From a bacterium (GTDB lineage: Bacteria > Patescibacteriota > Minisyncoccia > Phycocordibacterales > JAKAEA01), in contig JAKAEA010000001.1 in NCBI GenBank assembly GCA_021818465.1, positions 454,045 to 518,044 of the forward strand: DNA of 64,000 nucleotides, read 5' to 3'. The translations under genes were made by a program, and so were the position numbers. This document shows, one piece after another, positions 1 through 8,838 of the stretch; the stretch's first letter is position 1, and every line of letters begins with the position of its first letter. The notes beneath the pieces are model-generated. The model saw nothing but the letters and a program-made list of their open reading frames with translations. It ran no database searches and was not told the DNA's origin.

Positions 1-798
1 GGTAGACGTGGCCGCACCCGCGGTGCCGACATTTCCGTGGATATCGATCTTTCTTTTAGCGAAGCGGTGTTCGGTGTAACACGCAATATCGTTCTTAATC
101 GAACATCTGTGTGTGCTACCTGTGGTGGCAATGGTGCCGAACCAGGAGCAAAACTTGAAACCTGTAAAATTTGTAATGGCAAAGGTAAAATTCACGAAGC
201 CCGCAGCTCATTTATGGGAACTTTTACCACCGTTCGTAACTGCGACACCTGCCACGGTACTGGTAAAATTCCAAGCCAAAAATGTAAGCAATGCCACGGA
301 CTCGGCGTTACTCGCAAGCAGCAAGAAGTTGGCGTTATTGTGCCCCCAGGTATTAATGACGGTGAAATCATCCGTATCACTGGAGGTGGGGAAGCCGTGC
401 CAGGAGGTGCGACCGCTGGTGCTCCTGGCGATCTATACATCCGCGTCCATCTTAAACCGCACCCAACGCTACACCGCGAAAGCAACAATATCATCACCAC
501 CTTATCCATTAAATTATCTACCGCGCTCTCCGGAGGCGAATATGCTTTAGAAACCCTTGATGGCCCACTCACCTTAAAAATTCCTGCAGGCATAGAATTT
601 GGTGAAATTCTGCGCGTCCGTGGTAAGGGTGTACCAATTGGCGCAGCTGCCAACGAGCGTAATCGCGGTGACGCCACAAGCCCCAGCGCCCATGGTCGTC
701 GCGGCGATTTTCTGGTTAAAATTAACATCGAACTTCCTAAAAAACTCTCTAAAAATGCCGCGAAACTTGTAGAAGAACTCAAGAAAGAAGGTATTTAA
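1..798 (+). CDS. dnaJ: Chaperone DnaJ, C-terminal part (5' truncated by window edge)
   Basis: Four CxxCxGxG zinc-finger repeats (CATCGGNG, CKICNGKG, CDTCHGTG, CKQCHGLG), GDLYI motif, DnaJ_C domain; frame is open from base 1. Confidence 0.96.
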   Translation, partial: GRRGRTRGADISVDIDLSFSEAVFGVTRNIVLNRTSVCATCGGNGAEPGAKLETCKICNGKGKIHEARSSFMGTFTTVRNCDTCHGTGKIPSQKCKQCHGLGVTRKQQEVGVIVPPGINDGEIIRITGGGEAVPGGATAGAPGDLYIRVHLKPHPTLHRESNNIITTLSIKLSTALSGGEYALETLDGPLTLKIPAGIEFGEILRVRGKGVPIGAAANERNRGDATSPSAHGRRGDFLVKINIELPKKLSKNAAKLVEELKKEGI

Positions 799-805
799 AT
801 TTAAC

Positions 806-982
806 ATGAAATGGAATAGTGTCACGTGGTATTCTAAAATTGCCGCCCTCATTCTTTTTGTGGGTATTATTCCCATACTTGGCTTTTATGTCGGAATGCA
901 ATACCAAATCACTCGTCATATGCTCATAGAAGCAGCTTTGGCTCAAAAACAACCAACGTTACTCCCACCGTTTAATCCATAG
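806..982 (+). CDS. Small single-TM hypothetical protein, 58 aa (not in ORF track)
   Basis: ATG 806 to TAG 982 translates MKWNSVTWYSKIAALILFVGIIPILGFYVGMQYQ...PFNP; starts 7 nt after the dnaJ stop; one hydrophobic helix. Confidence 0.7.
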   Translation: MKWNSVTWYSKIAALILFVGIIPILGFYVGMQYQITRHMLIEAALAQKQPTLLPPFNP

Positions 983-1027
983 TTGGAAAAGCAGTAAAAT
1001 TCTGATAGGATAATTCGGCAATAACCC

Positions 1028-1105
1028 GGCCCTTTCGTCTAGCCCGGTCCAGGACGGCGCCCTCTCACGGCGCAAACACGGGTTCAAATCCCGTAGGGGT
1101 CACCA
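1028..1105 (+). tRNA. tRNA-Glu (anticodon CTC)
   Basis: Acceptor GGCCCTT/AGGGGTC, anticodon arm GCGCC-CT-CTC-AC-GGCGC, T arm ACGGG-TTCAAAT-CCCGT, encoded CCA end. Confidence 0.96.
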
Positions 1106-1108
1106 CTA

Positions 1109-1138
1109 TTGACACAGTCCGTATTAAACTGGTATAGT
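1109..1138 (+). promoter_or_regulatory. Sigma70-type promoter just downstream of the tRNA
   Basis: TTGACA (1109-1114), 18 bp, TG-N-TATAGT (1133-1138). Confidence 0.6.
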
Positions 1139-1192
1139 ATTTTAGAAATACGGCACAGTGCTGTTAATTATAGTTCTTCTAGAGGAGTTAAA

Positions 1193-1498
1193 ATGGGACA
1201 TCTTTCTTCGCAATCTGAGACAGAAACCAATCCTTGGAGTCCGGCAAACGGTCTTATTGACGACACTGCCGCTCTGCTCAACTGCCTCGCCCTTCGGTGT
1301 TGTCACTGTCGGCGCGTAATCGCCAAGCGACACATTGTCATGCGAGACCGTCACGCGTTTTGTCCAGACTGCCAACAAAAGGCATGCGTAACCGATGGTA
1401 GATGCCAGGCAAATATTGGTGCCTTTCTGGAACACAACGACCCACGGCGGCCAACGTTCGGTTATGGCGCGAGTGGAGGGGATGGAGAGGCAGATTGA
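1193..1498 (+). CDS. Hypothetical Cys-rich, probable zinc-ribbon protein (101 aa)
   Basis: AGAGGAG Shine-Dalgarno before ATG 1193; CCHC...CPDC cysteine pairs; acidic/Gly tail. Confidence 0.6.
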   Translation: MGHLSSQSETETNPWSPANGLIDDTAALLNCLALRCCHCRRVIAKRHIVMRDRHAFCPDCQQKACVTDGRCQANIGAFLEHNDPRRPTFGYGASGGDGEAD

Positions 1499-1601
1499 CC
1501 GTTTTTTAAAGCCAACAAGGTCCCGCGATAACATCAACGGACTTTTTTATTATATAAATACCGTATACAATCACATTACATACAACCCAACCGTTGCACA
1601 C

Positions 1602-2225
1602 ATGTACACGTCTCTTAAAAAACAGTTGTCGACACTCGTAATTTTAGCTGTCGCTTTCATTGGTGTTTCTTTTTTGGCACACACATACCATTCAGAGATA
1701 TCAGTAATTATGCATAGTGGCGGCGTGTGGGGAATAATTTTTTTTATTTTTCTCACAGCAATCTTCGTCATATTTGTTATACCACTCGACATTGTTTTTC
1801 TTATACCTATAGGCGCGGTTGTCTATGGACCTATACCAACAGCTCTCATGTCTATAACCGGATGGACACTGGGAGCGGCCGCGGCCTTCGCTATCGCTCG
1901 TTACTTTGGAAAAGGTTTTGTTGGTAAACTACTAGGACTTGATAGAGTTCGCGCTATCGGTGAACGTATTCCAAAACGAAATATGTTTTGGACTGTTTTT
2001 ATACTCCGCATGCTTATATCGGTAGATATTTTGAGCTATGCACTCGGTTTGTTTAGTGATATGTCGTGGGGAATATATGTGTTCGCCACGATGCTTGGGG
2101 TTGCGCCATTCGGCTTCTATTTTGCCTATGCGGGATCGCTGCCGTTATGGTACCAGCTTGGCGCTGTCATAATCGCTATTATTATAGCCACAATAATAGT
2201 AATGAAATACACACAACGAAGATAA
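1602..2225 (+). CDS. TVP38/TMEM64 (VTT domain, DedA superfamily) membrane protein
   Basis: Hydrophobic; GWTLGAAAAFAIARYFG and ILRMLISVDILSYALG motifs; start reassigned to ATG 1602. Confidence 0.85.
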   Translation: MYTSLKKQLSTLVILAVAFIGVSFLAHTYHSEISVIMHSGGVWGIIFFIFLTAIFVIFVIPLDIVFLIPIGAVVYGPIPTALMSITGWTLGAAAAFAIARYFGKGFVGKLLGLDRVRAIGERIPKRNMFWTVFILRMLISVDILSYALGLFSDMSWGIYVFATMLGVAPFGFYFAYAGSLPLWYQLGAVIIAIIIATIIVMKYTQRR

Positions 2226-2273
2226 AAAATTAGTCAAAAAAAATGCATTTGAAAATTATCCACAGCCTATCTC

Positions 2274-2302
2274 TTGCCTAGTGAACGAGCGTTCACTATA
2301 CT
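2274..2302 (+). promoter_or_regulatory. Promoter of the lexA operon with an embedded LexA (SOS/Cheo-type) operator
   Basis: TTGCCT (2274)-17 bp-TATACT (2297); palindrome TAGTGAAC-GAGC-GTTCACTA at 2279-2298 fills the spacer. Confidence 0.8.
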
Positions 2303-2341
2303 GTAAATGTGTCGTTAAAAATATTAGCAATAAAAAATATT

Positions 2342-2530
2342 ATGCAACAAAAAATTATTGAGAATAGAATCGCTGCTATAAACCGTGTCATAGACCACAA
2401 AATCCTACGCGGTCTTGATTACAGTGATGAAGCTCGTCGTCACAAAATGCTCCGCACTCAAATCAGAAAAGTTCGCCGCCAACGACCGCACATGCTAGGA
2501 ACATTTATACGTTTTGCTTCTTTTTTGTAA
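2342..2530 (+). CDS. Small basic hypothetical protein, first gene of the lexA operon
   Basis: 62-aa ORF (MQQKIIENRIAAINRVIDHKILRGLDYSDEARRHK...) lying between the operator and lexA. Confidence 0.65.
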   Translation: MQQKIIENRIAAINRVIDHKILRGLDYSDEARRHKMLRTQIRKVRRQRPHMLGTFIRFASFL

Positions 2531-2540
2531 TTATCACGCC

Positions 2541-3128
2541 ATGAATGCATATACAGAAAAGCTCATTACGTTTTATAGAAGTCACAAACGAATGCCGACG
2601 TACGCTGAACTAGCAACACTCTGGAGTTTTAAATCAAAAAACGCGGTTTTTCGTGTAGTAGGAAAGATGGTTGCGGCTGGTATTGTTGCAAAAGATCATC
2701 TGGGTCGTCTCGTACCTACAAGCACCTTTCAGGAGACTCCTGTACTAGGTTTAGTAAAAGCTGGTTTACCCTCAGCTATTGATGGCGTAGAGACATACGG
2801 CATTGACGAAAGCGAGATGATTAGTTTTGATGAATTTTTAATAAAAGATAGAGCCAAAACATATATTTTAGAAGTTGATGGTGATTCAATGATAGACGCA
2901 CACATTGCCAAAGGCGATTTAGTGATTGTTGAACGTGCTGAAAAAGCCCGTGATGGCGACATTGTTATTGCTGAAGTTGATGGTGAATGGACAATGAAAT
3001 ATTTTCGTGAACAAAAGCATGATACAGGCCCCTGGCTCGAAGCCGCTAACAAAAACTACGCCCCGATTTATCCGGAGCATAGTCTTCGCATTGCCGCAAT
3101 TGTGCGTGGTGTCGTGCGAAAATATTAA
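2541..3128 (+). CDS. lexA: LexA-family repressor (winged HTH + peptidase S24)
   Basis: N-terminal PTYAEL...KSKNAV HTH, Ala-Gly cleavage site (VKAGLP), catalytic Ser (GDSM) and Lys (WTMKY). Confidence 0.85.
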   Translation: MNAYTEKLITFYRSHKRMPTYAELATLWSFKSKNAVFRVVGKMVAAGIVAKDHLGRLVPTSTFQETPVLGLVKAGLPSAIDGVETYGIDESEMISFDEFLIKDRAKTYILEVDGDSMIDAHIAKGDLVIVERAEKARDGDIVIAEVDGEWTMKYFREQKHDTGPWLEAANKNYAPIYPEHSLRIAAIVRGVVRKY

Positions 3129-3598
3129 CGCGTAGCAGAAATTGAAGTTTGAAGTTCAGGAGTTTGTGCTGCTACTGTGATACGACCATTGGCATCTTGT
3201 GATATTTCGTAACCAGTTTTATATATGCCACCCGCAGGATCGTAGGGAGTACCACCCGAAGGATCAATTGGTAACTCCGACAAATACTCTGGAACCAAGC
3301 AGCTACGAATATCAGCCGCACCGTTATTGATGGGTGTTGGAGTAGTTGTTAGAGTGTACGCGCAATTAAAAGCACCATTATTATCAACCATATTTTGATC
3401 AACGGCATCCAAGATAGACACTACTGCCGCCTTACGTTCTGAATCACGAGCTTGCGCAAATTGTTTTGCAGGATTCACTGCTACCAGTACTACTGCAGCC
3501 AAAATGCCGATAATACCAATGACCACCAACAATTCTATTAATGTGAAGCCTTGTTGAGGAGACCTCATCCTCTGTACTATACTTTTTTGTATTTGCAT
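3125..3598 (-). CDS. Type IV pilin
   Basis: Class III signal peptide QQG/FTLIELLVVIGIIGIL with Glu5; YLSELPIDP motif; exact start uncertain (3598 or 3568). Confidence 0.9.
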   Translation of the reverse strand: MQIQKSIVQRMRSPQQGFTLIELLVVIGIIGILAAVVLVAVNPAKQFAQARDSERKAAVVSILDAVDQNMVDNNGAFNCAYTLTTTPTPINNGAADIRSCLVPEYLSELPIDPSGGTPYDPAGGIYKTGYEISQDANGRITVAAQTPELQTSISATR

Positions 3599-3727
3599 AA
3601 AATAATGCATTATTAATAATCTAGAAGTAAACCAATATGGCATTAAAATTCTCGTCAATATTTTTTAAAAATTTGTTAAAATTCTGCACCGCTCACTATT
3701 GATAATCATCTGTCAACATTCTCCGAG

Positions 3728-4042
3728 CTATGGCACGCAACTGGTAGCAACAATTCTTAGAGCACTGTTGCCTACATCTAATGTATAAAAAGGTAAATCT
3801 ACTAAGGAATTGTGTTGTGGTGAATATAAAGGATCGGCTGTTTGAGTTAGTTGTTGCACGGCTTGACACGAAAACATTTCTGTATCTGAAAGAACATAGT
3901 TTTTTGCCTCTAAAAATTGATCACGCAACGCAGCCAACCGCTGGACACGAATAAAAAGTACAATACTAAAAATCGCACCAAGAAACATTACCCCCATAAG
4001 CGCCATGAATCCTTTTTGATAATTTTTAATTTGGTGTCGCAT
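3728..4042 (-). CDS. PilX/GspK-like minor pilin
   Basis: MRHQIKNYQKG/FMALMGVMFLG: prepilin-type leader without Glu5, inside the pilus cluster. Confidence 0.6.
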   Translation of the reverse strand: MRHQIKNYQKGFMALMGVMFLGAIFSIVLFIRVQRLAALRDQFLEAKNYVLSDTEMFSCQAVQQLTQTADPLYSPQHNSLVDLPFYTLDVGNSALRIVATSCVP

Positions 4043-4424
4043 GATAGTATTCAAAAAATATCGGCGTACGCGAATCGCCATAAGAAAATGAAAAACGTAG
4101 GTGATGTATTGTTGTTGTAGTAGCAATCGCACCGATACCACGTCCTGACGAGGTGCTGTCCACGCTGGTTTGCGGATTCGATATGGTATGCCATACGGCA
4201 GTATCAAGAATATTTTTTGCCGAAAGGTACGTGGGCGATGCGTATACCTCATCACTTATTTTTTCCGCCACAAACAGTGATTCTTCTTGTTCACGCGCAC
4301 GCTGCTCGAAAGCTATATTAGATCGAGATACTAGTAACCAAACACTGGTCACACTAACTAGTAAAATGGAGAATAGACCAATGTATACACTTAATTCCAC
4401 AAATGTAAATCCTCGACAATACAT
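4026..4424 (-). CDS. Minor pilin (PilW/GspJ-like)
   Basis: RG/FTFVELSVYIGLFSILL N-methylation motif. Confidence 0.75.
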   Translation of the reverse strand: MYCRGFTFVELSVYIGLFSILLVSVTSVWLLVSRSNIAFEQRAREQEESLFVAEKISDEVYASPTYLSAKNILDTAVWHTISNPQTSVDSTSSGRGIGAIATTTTIHHLRFSFSYGDSRTPIFFEYYHATPN

Positions 4425-4434
4425 AGTTAAAAAA

Positions 4435-5841
4435 TTACTGAGGTGACGTACACAAAAACAGAGCGGGTGAATTACCATTCGTCACGTTATATATAATGTT
4501 ATTTTCATAGTCTAACCCTACAGTAGGTATTGAAGTGACAAGCTGTGGTCTACTAAAAAAATTTTGCGTTGTAGTTGCTGCATCGGTAGTAAGAGAAAAT
4601 ATACCTGCGTTAGTAGCAACGAGTAGGTGATGAGCAATGGCCCGAATATCATTTACTTGAGCGGCAAGCGAACTCGACGCAATAATAGTGGGGGCACGAG
4701 GGTTAGCAACGTTAAGCGCCACTAATTCAGGGTGACTTGGCGTGCTACCTTTACGTCGACCAGCATAGAGTATAGAACCGAGTAAAAATACTCGATTAGT
4801 ATATTCCGCACCAGTAAACGTCACGCTGGCAACTTTTATCGGATGCACAGGATCGTGCACATCAACAACAATAATATTGCTCGTGTTTCCGGAAGCTGCT
4901 AGATATGCATAGCCCCGAGATACAGCTATGTCGTAAATATTGTGATTTAACCACACCGAACCAAGCCAGCGAGGATTAGTAGGTATCGTTACATCAAAAA
5001 TATGAAATTCGCTTCCTGCCGTCCGATGTGTACCGACATATACTCGACCAGCGTAATAACGAACACTCAAACCTGAAGGATACGAGCCGCTAACACCAGG
5101 TAAAGAACGAGTCGCCACAATACTCGGATGTGTTACATCGTGCACATCAATCACCTGTAATTGACTTGTTGAACCAGTTACTGCCAAATACGCATATCCA
5201 TCCGCCACATCTACACTAGTAACTGGCGGCACTGTTACTCGCCCAATAATTGGGTGCGTGGTATTTTTTGGATCAGCAATAAGAAAATTAAATCCGTCAG
5301 TTGACGATGCGCCAAGATAAGCTTTACCTTCAAAAAAATCAAAGTTGGTTATGAATGCATTTGGAGTGGATGTGCCAAGGTAGATAGGAACGGGAGAAGT
5401 AACGCTCAGCGGGAGAGCGACACTATGAGGATTCATGAAACCCCCGCAGTCATTGCCAAGGGCAATGCTTGCCAATTGATCGGTATACAATGCCGCAATA
5501 ATAAGTGGTCGTACAAAATTCGGATAGGTAGAGCTGGCTGTTACTAGTGCTTCTTTCATGCACGGTTCTACGCTTTCTACTATAGATTGTGTGGTAATTT
5601 CTCTTTCAATATCTGTACTATACTGCGGCATATCGTAGGCCATAGTTTTTTCCAAGGCTGCCCGAGCAACATAGAGCATGCGACCATACACCACAAGTCG
5701 TTCCAAACTTTTTTGTTGCAAATCAAGCGTCGGAATGACAATGCTTGTTATTAGACTACATACGACAATTGCGATAACGATCTCAACCAACACCGCGCCA
5801 CGATGGGTAGTGCAATTAGTATTGTAATTCACCATTTTCAT
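4435..5841 (-). CDS. Pilin-like N-terminus fused to an LVIVD-repeat beta-propeller (putative pilus adhesin)
   Basis: RG/AVLVEIVIAI leader; repeats GYAYLA..LQVIDVHD, EFHIFDVT, IIVVDVHDP, LVALNVANP. Confidence 0.75.
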   Translation of the reverse strand: MKMVNYNTNCTTHRGAVLVEIVIAIVVCSLITSIVIPTLDLQQKSLERLVVYGRMLYVARAALEKTMAYDMPQYSTDIEREITTQSIVESVEPCMKEALVTASSTYPNFVRPLIIAALYTDQLASIALGNDCGGFMNPHSVALPLSVTSPVPIYLGTSTPNAFITNFDFFEGKAYLGASSTDGFNFLIADPKNTTHPIIGRVTVPPVTSVDVADGYAYLAVTGSTSQLQVIDVHDVTHPSIVATRSLPGVSGSYPSGLSVRYYAGRVYVGTHRTAGSEFHIFDVTIPTNPRWLGSVWLNHNIYDIAVSRGYAYLAASGNTSNIIVVDVHDPVHPIKVASVTFTGAEYTNRVFLLGSILYAGRRKGSTPSHPELVALNVANPRAPTIIASSSLAAQVNDIRAIAHHLLVATNAGIFSLTTDAATTTQNFFSRPQLVTSIPTVGLDYENNIIYNVTNGNSPALFLCTSPQ

Positions 5842-6109
5842 AGAGAGTGATCGTTTCCGTAAAAGAACCGATAGAAAAATGTAGAGTGCGTGTTGACGTG
5901 CTCATTGTAGGTGACCGATCTCGTATTAACGCATCGAGCGTTGATTCTCGCTGCGCAAATGCAAGCCATTGATTATATTGATGGAGCGATAATCCAATTC
6001 CCATAGCAACAATCATTGTAAACACAACCATCACCACAATGATTTCTATAAGCGTAAATCCTTTTGTGCGAACATTAATGAATAGCGCTGACTGTTTGCG
6101 AGAGGGCAT
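5816..6109 (-). CDS. Short minor pilin (FimT/GspH-like)
   Basis: TKG/FTLIEIIVVMVVF motif. Confidence 0.75.
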   Translation of the reverse strand: MPSRKQSALFINVRTKGFTLIEIIVVMVVFTMIVAMGIGLSLHQYNQWLAFAQRESTLDALIRDRSPTMSTSTRTLHFSIGSFTETITLYENGELQY

Positions 6110-7166
6110 AAATGGGAAGAATCATTGCGAGAGCAATAAAACCTATAGCACACCCAAGGAGTACCATTAACACTGGTTCGAGCAAACTTGACCATTTTTT
6201 TACCAATTCCTCATATTCACCCTGGAAGTATTCGGATAGGAAAGCGAGCGTTTCAGCGAGCGATCCGCTTGCCTCTGCTGCAGAAACAAGCTGAACCATT
6301 GTCTCAGGAAAGAGATGCGCGTGTGTGGCCAAGGCCTGAGAAACCGTAGTGCCTGATTCAACAGTACTACCGATATGATCCAGAGCTTGTGCGTATACAA
6401 CATTATTAGGATGTGATCGACGTAAACCAACCACTAACGGTATACCACTTGAAACTAAAACGGCCATCGTACCAGTAAAAACACTCAATATTTGTCCCTT
6501 AATTAACGTGTTCACAAATGGCATAGTCAACAATAATCTATCTCGCACACGCGTCGTGAATGTACGAGTAAAAGTATATTTACTGATAAAAATTACACTA
6601 AGAAAAACACTAACGAGAAACACTATGCCCCAAAACCAATGCCTGGCTATTGTGTCAGATACAAATATCAATACTCTGGTTGGAAAGGGTAACGTGGTAT
6701 GCATACTTTCTAAAAGTGGCCTAATTTTAGGAAAAATTCCAAACGTCATACCACCAGTTAACACTACCGATAACAACGCAATAGAAATAGGGTAGGTGAG
6801 AGCCGCCATAGTTTTTTTACGAAGTACATCTTTTTTGACTAGTGTTTGACCACAACGCTCCAACGCTTGCCGTATAGTGCCAGATTCTTCACCAGCTTCG
6901 ATAACGGTTATAAGACCGGGAGGTAACACTATTCGTTTTTGTATAGACTGCCAAAGTGGACAACCTGAGGCCAAATCTTCTTTAACCAGATCCAGAAAAA
7001 TCTTTCTGGGATTCGTACGCGGTACACGAGCAGCACAAAGCGAGATACATTCGTCTATTGTCGCGCCAGACTTTAGAAAAAAACCGAGTTGCTTAAAGAC
7101 AATTATTTGATCCCGTAGTCGTAATCTTATTCTTTTTTTTACCAAATTTTTTTTAAACAAAAGCAT
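6075..7166 (-). CDS. pilC: Type IV pilus platform protein (PilC/GspF family)
   Basis: AGEESG, ALTYP, AEASGSL and LLEPVLMVLLG motifs; two T2SSF repeats. Confidence 0.9.
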   Translation of the reverse strand: MLLFKKNLVKKRIRLRLRDQIIVFKQLGFFLKSGATIDECISLCAARVPRTNPRKIFLDLVKEDLASGCPLWQSIQKRIVLPPGLITVIEAGEESGTIRQALERCGQTLVKKDVLRKKTMAALTYPISIALLSVVLTGGMTFGIFPKIRPLLESMHTTLPFPTRVLIFVSDTIARHWFWGIVFLVSVFLSVIFISKYTFTRTFTTRVRDRLLLTMPFVNTLIKGQILSVFTGTMAVLVSSGIPLVVGLRRSHPNNVVYAQALDHIGSTVESGTTVSQALATHAHLFPETMVQLVSAAEASGSLAETLAFLSEYFQGEYEELVKKWSSLLEPVLMVLLGCAIGFIALAMILPIYALSQTVSAIH

Positions 7167-7181
7167 AGTATACGTAGCTTT

Positions 7182-8282
7182 TTATAAAGCACTCAATACT
7201 TCGGCCATATCAACGAGTCCATGTTCTGTTTTTGTCATGCCATCTATCATAAGATTTCGCACGCCTGCACGCTCAGTAATTGTTCTCAGACGAGACAATG
7301 ATGGTTCATTCGTAATAGCTTCACGCAACGCATCAGTTACTGTAATTAGTTCGTATATCGCAATGCGCCCTTGAAAACCGGTATATTTGCACGCCAAACA
7401 ACCGCTCAACACGCGACAGTGCTGACATTTTTTACGAACTAATCGCTGAGCAATAATAGTTTCCACGGTTGCCGCAATAAGATACGGGGCAATGCCCATA
7501 TCAAGAAGACGGATGATTACCGAGATCGCATCATTCGTGTGTACTGTAGAAAAAAGCAAGTGACCAGTTAAAGCGGCGTGAATAGCTATATGCGCTGTTT
7601 CGGCATCACGTATTTCACCAACCATAATAACATCAGGATCTTGACGTAAAACAGAACGTAAACCAGAAGCAAAAGTTAAACCATGATCGGCATCAACCTG
7701 AATTTGTCTCGCGCGTGGCAACATGTACTCAACCGGATCTTCAATCGTGACAATTAATCGGTCGGGTGCAATGAGTTTCAATAAACTATACAGCGTTGTT
7801 GTTTTACCGGAACCAGTCGGACCAGTAACCAAAACCATGCCACGCTTACGACTAACAACAGTCGCCAAATATGAAGCGTCAGCCGTGCTGATACCTAACG
7901 ATTCTAGTTGAGAAAAATCTGGTTTATCTTTTAAAATACGCAATACGACTGCTTCACCGTAATATGTTGGCATCACTGAGACACGAATGTCAGCATGATG
8001 ATGAGGCCTAGTTACACGACCATCTTGTGGTAAATGGTGTAAATCCGTCCGTAGCCTAGCCAATATCTTAATTCGACCAATAAGACCAGCATGGAGCGTT
8101 TTCGGTAGACGACGATGCACCGACAACAAACCGTCTATCCTAAAACGAACGAATACATCACTTTCAAATGGATCAATATGAACATCGGATACGCCAACAC
8201 GGTCAGCTTCTTGTAGGATATTTTCCACAAGCACCGGCAGGTCAACGTTTTCTCCGGTTCCTATTGTATCCATTACTACCAA
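7182..8282 (-). CDS. pilB: Type IV pilus assembly ATPase (PilB/GspE family), short form
   Basis: SDVHIDP, Walker A GPTGSGKTT, TIEDPVE, LRQDPDVIMVGEIRD, TGHL, CxxC..CxxC. Confidence 0.9.
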   Translation of the reverse strand: MVVMDTIGTGENVDLPVLVENILQEADRVGVSDVHIDPFESDVFVRFRIDGLLSVHRRLPKTLHAGLIGRIKILARLRTDLHHLPQDGRVTRPHHHADIRVSVMPTYYGEAVVLRILKDKPDFSQLESLGISTADASYLATVVSRKRGMVLVTGPTGSGKTTTLYSLLKLIAPDRLIVTIEDPVEYMLPRARQIQVDADHGLTFASGLRSVLRQDPDVIMVGEIRDAETAHIAIHAALTGHLLFSTVHTNDAISVIIRLLDMGIAPYLIAATVETIIAQRLVRKKCQHCRVLSGCLACKYTGFQGRIAIYELITVTDALREAITNEPSLSRLRTITERAGVRNLMIDGMTKTEHGLVDMAEVLSAL

Positions 8283-8331
8283 TCGTACGGATTGGCGATA
8301 AAATTTCCGTCAAAAAATTCTAAAGAAATAT

Positions 8332-8784
8332 TCAAAATAAAGACTCCACCACACTTTTTATCTCAGCACCATCAGCTTGTCCTTTTAATTCTTTGGATAT
8401 AGCTCCGATGAGAATACCCATTTTTGCTTTGTCGGAAATATTGAGTTCAGTTTTTTTAATTACAGCCACTTTTTCAATTGCCTCACGTGATAATTGAGGC
8501 GGTAAGAGTGTTTGTAAAACACCTAATTCTGCCTGCTCTTGATCAACTAAATCTTGACGGCCACCCTTCGTAAATTGTTCTATAGAATCCTTACGCTGCT
8601 TTACCAGACGTTTGATTACAATCAGCGCTTCGTCATCCTGAAGTTCTTCTTGCGGTTTTCTACCTTTCGTTACAAGCTCGTTGGTAAATGCGGCTGAAAT
8701 AGAGCGCATCACGCCCGTACGAAGGACATCTCGAGCAAGCATTGCTTTTTTAACTTCTTCTTTTATGTTGGTGTGTATAGACAT
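8332..8784 (-). CDS. GatB/YqeY domain protein
   Basis: KKAMLARD, VKQRKDSIEQFTKGGRQDL, GQADG motifs. Confidence 0.92.
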   Translation of the reverse strand: MSIHTNIKEEVKKAMLARDVLRTGVMRSISAAFTNELVTKGRKPQEELQDDEALIVIKRLVKQRKDSIEQFTKGGRQDLVDQEQAELGVLQTLLPPQLSREAIEKVAVIKKTELNISDKAKMGILIGAISKELKGQADGAEIKSVVESLF

Positions 8785-8838
8785 ATCAAGAAAGTATAGC
8801 AGAATTTCCAAAATTTTTATATACTATCCTACATTCCT

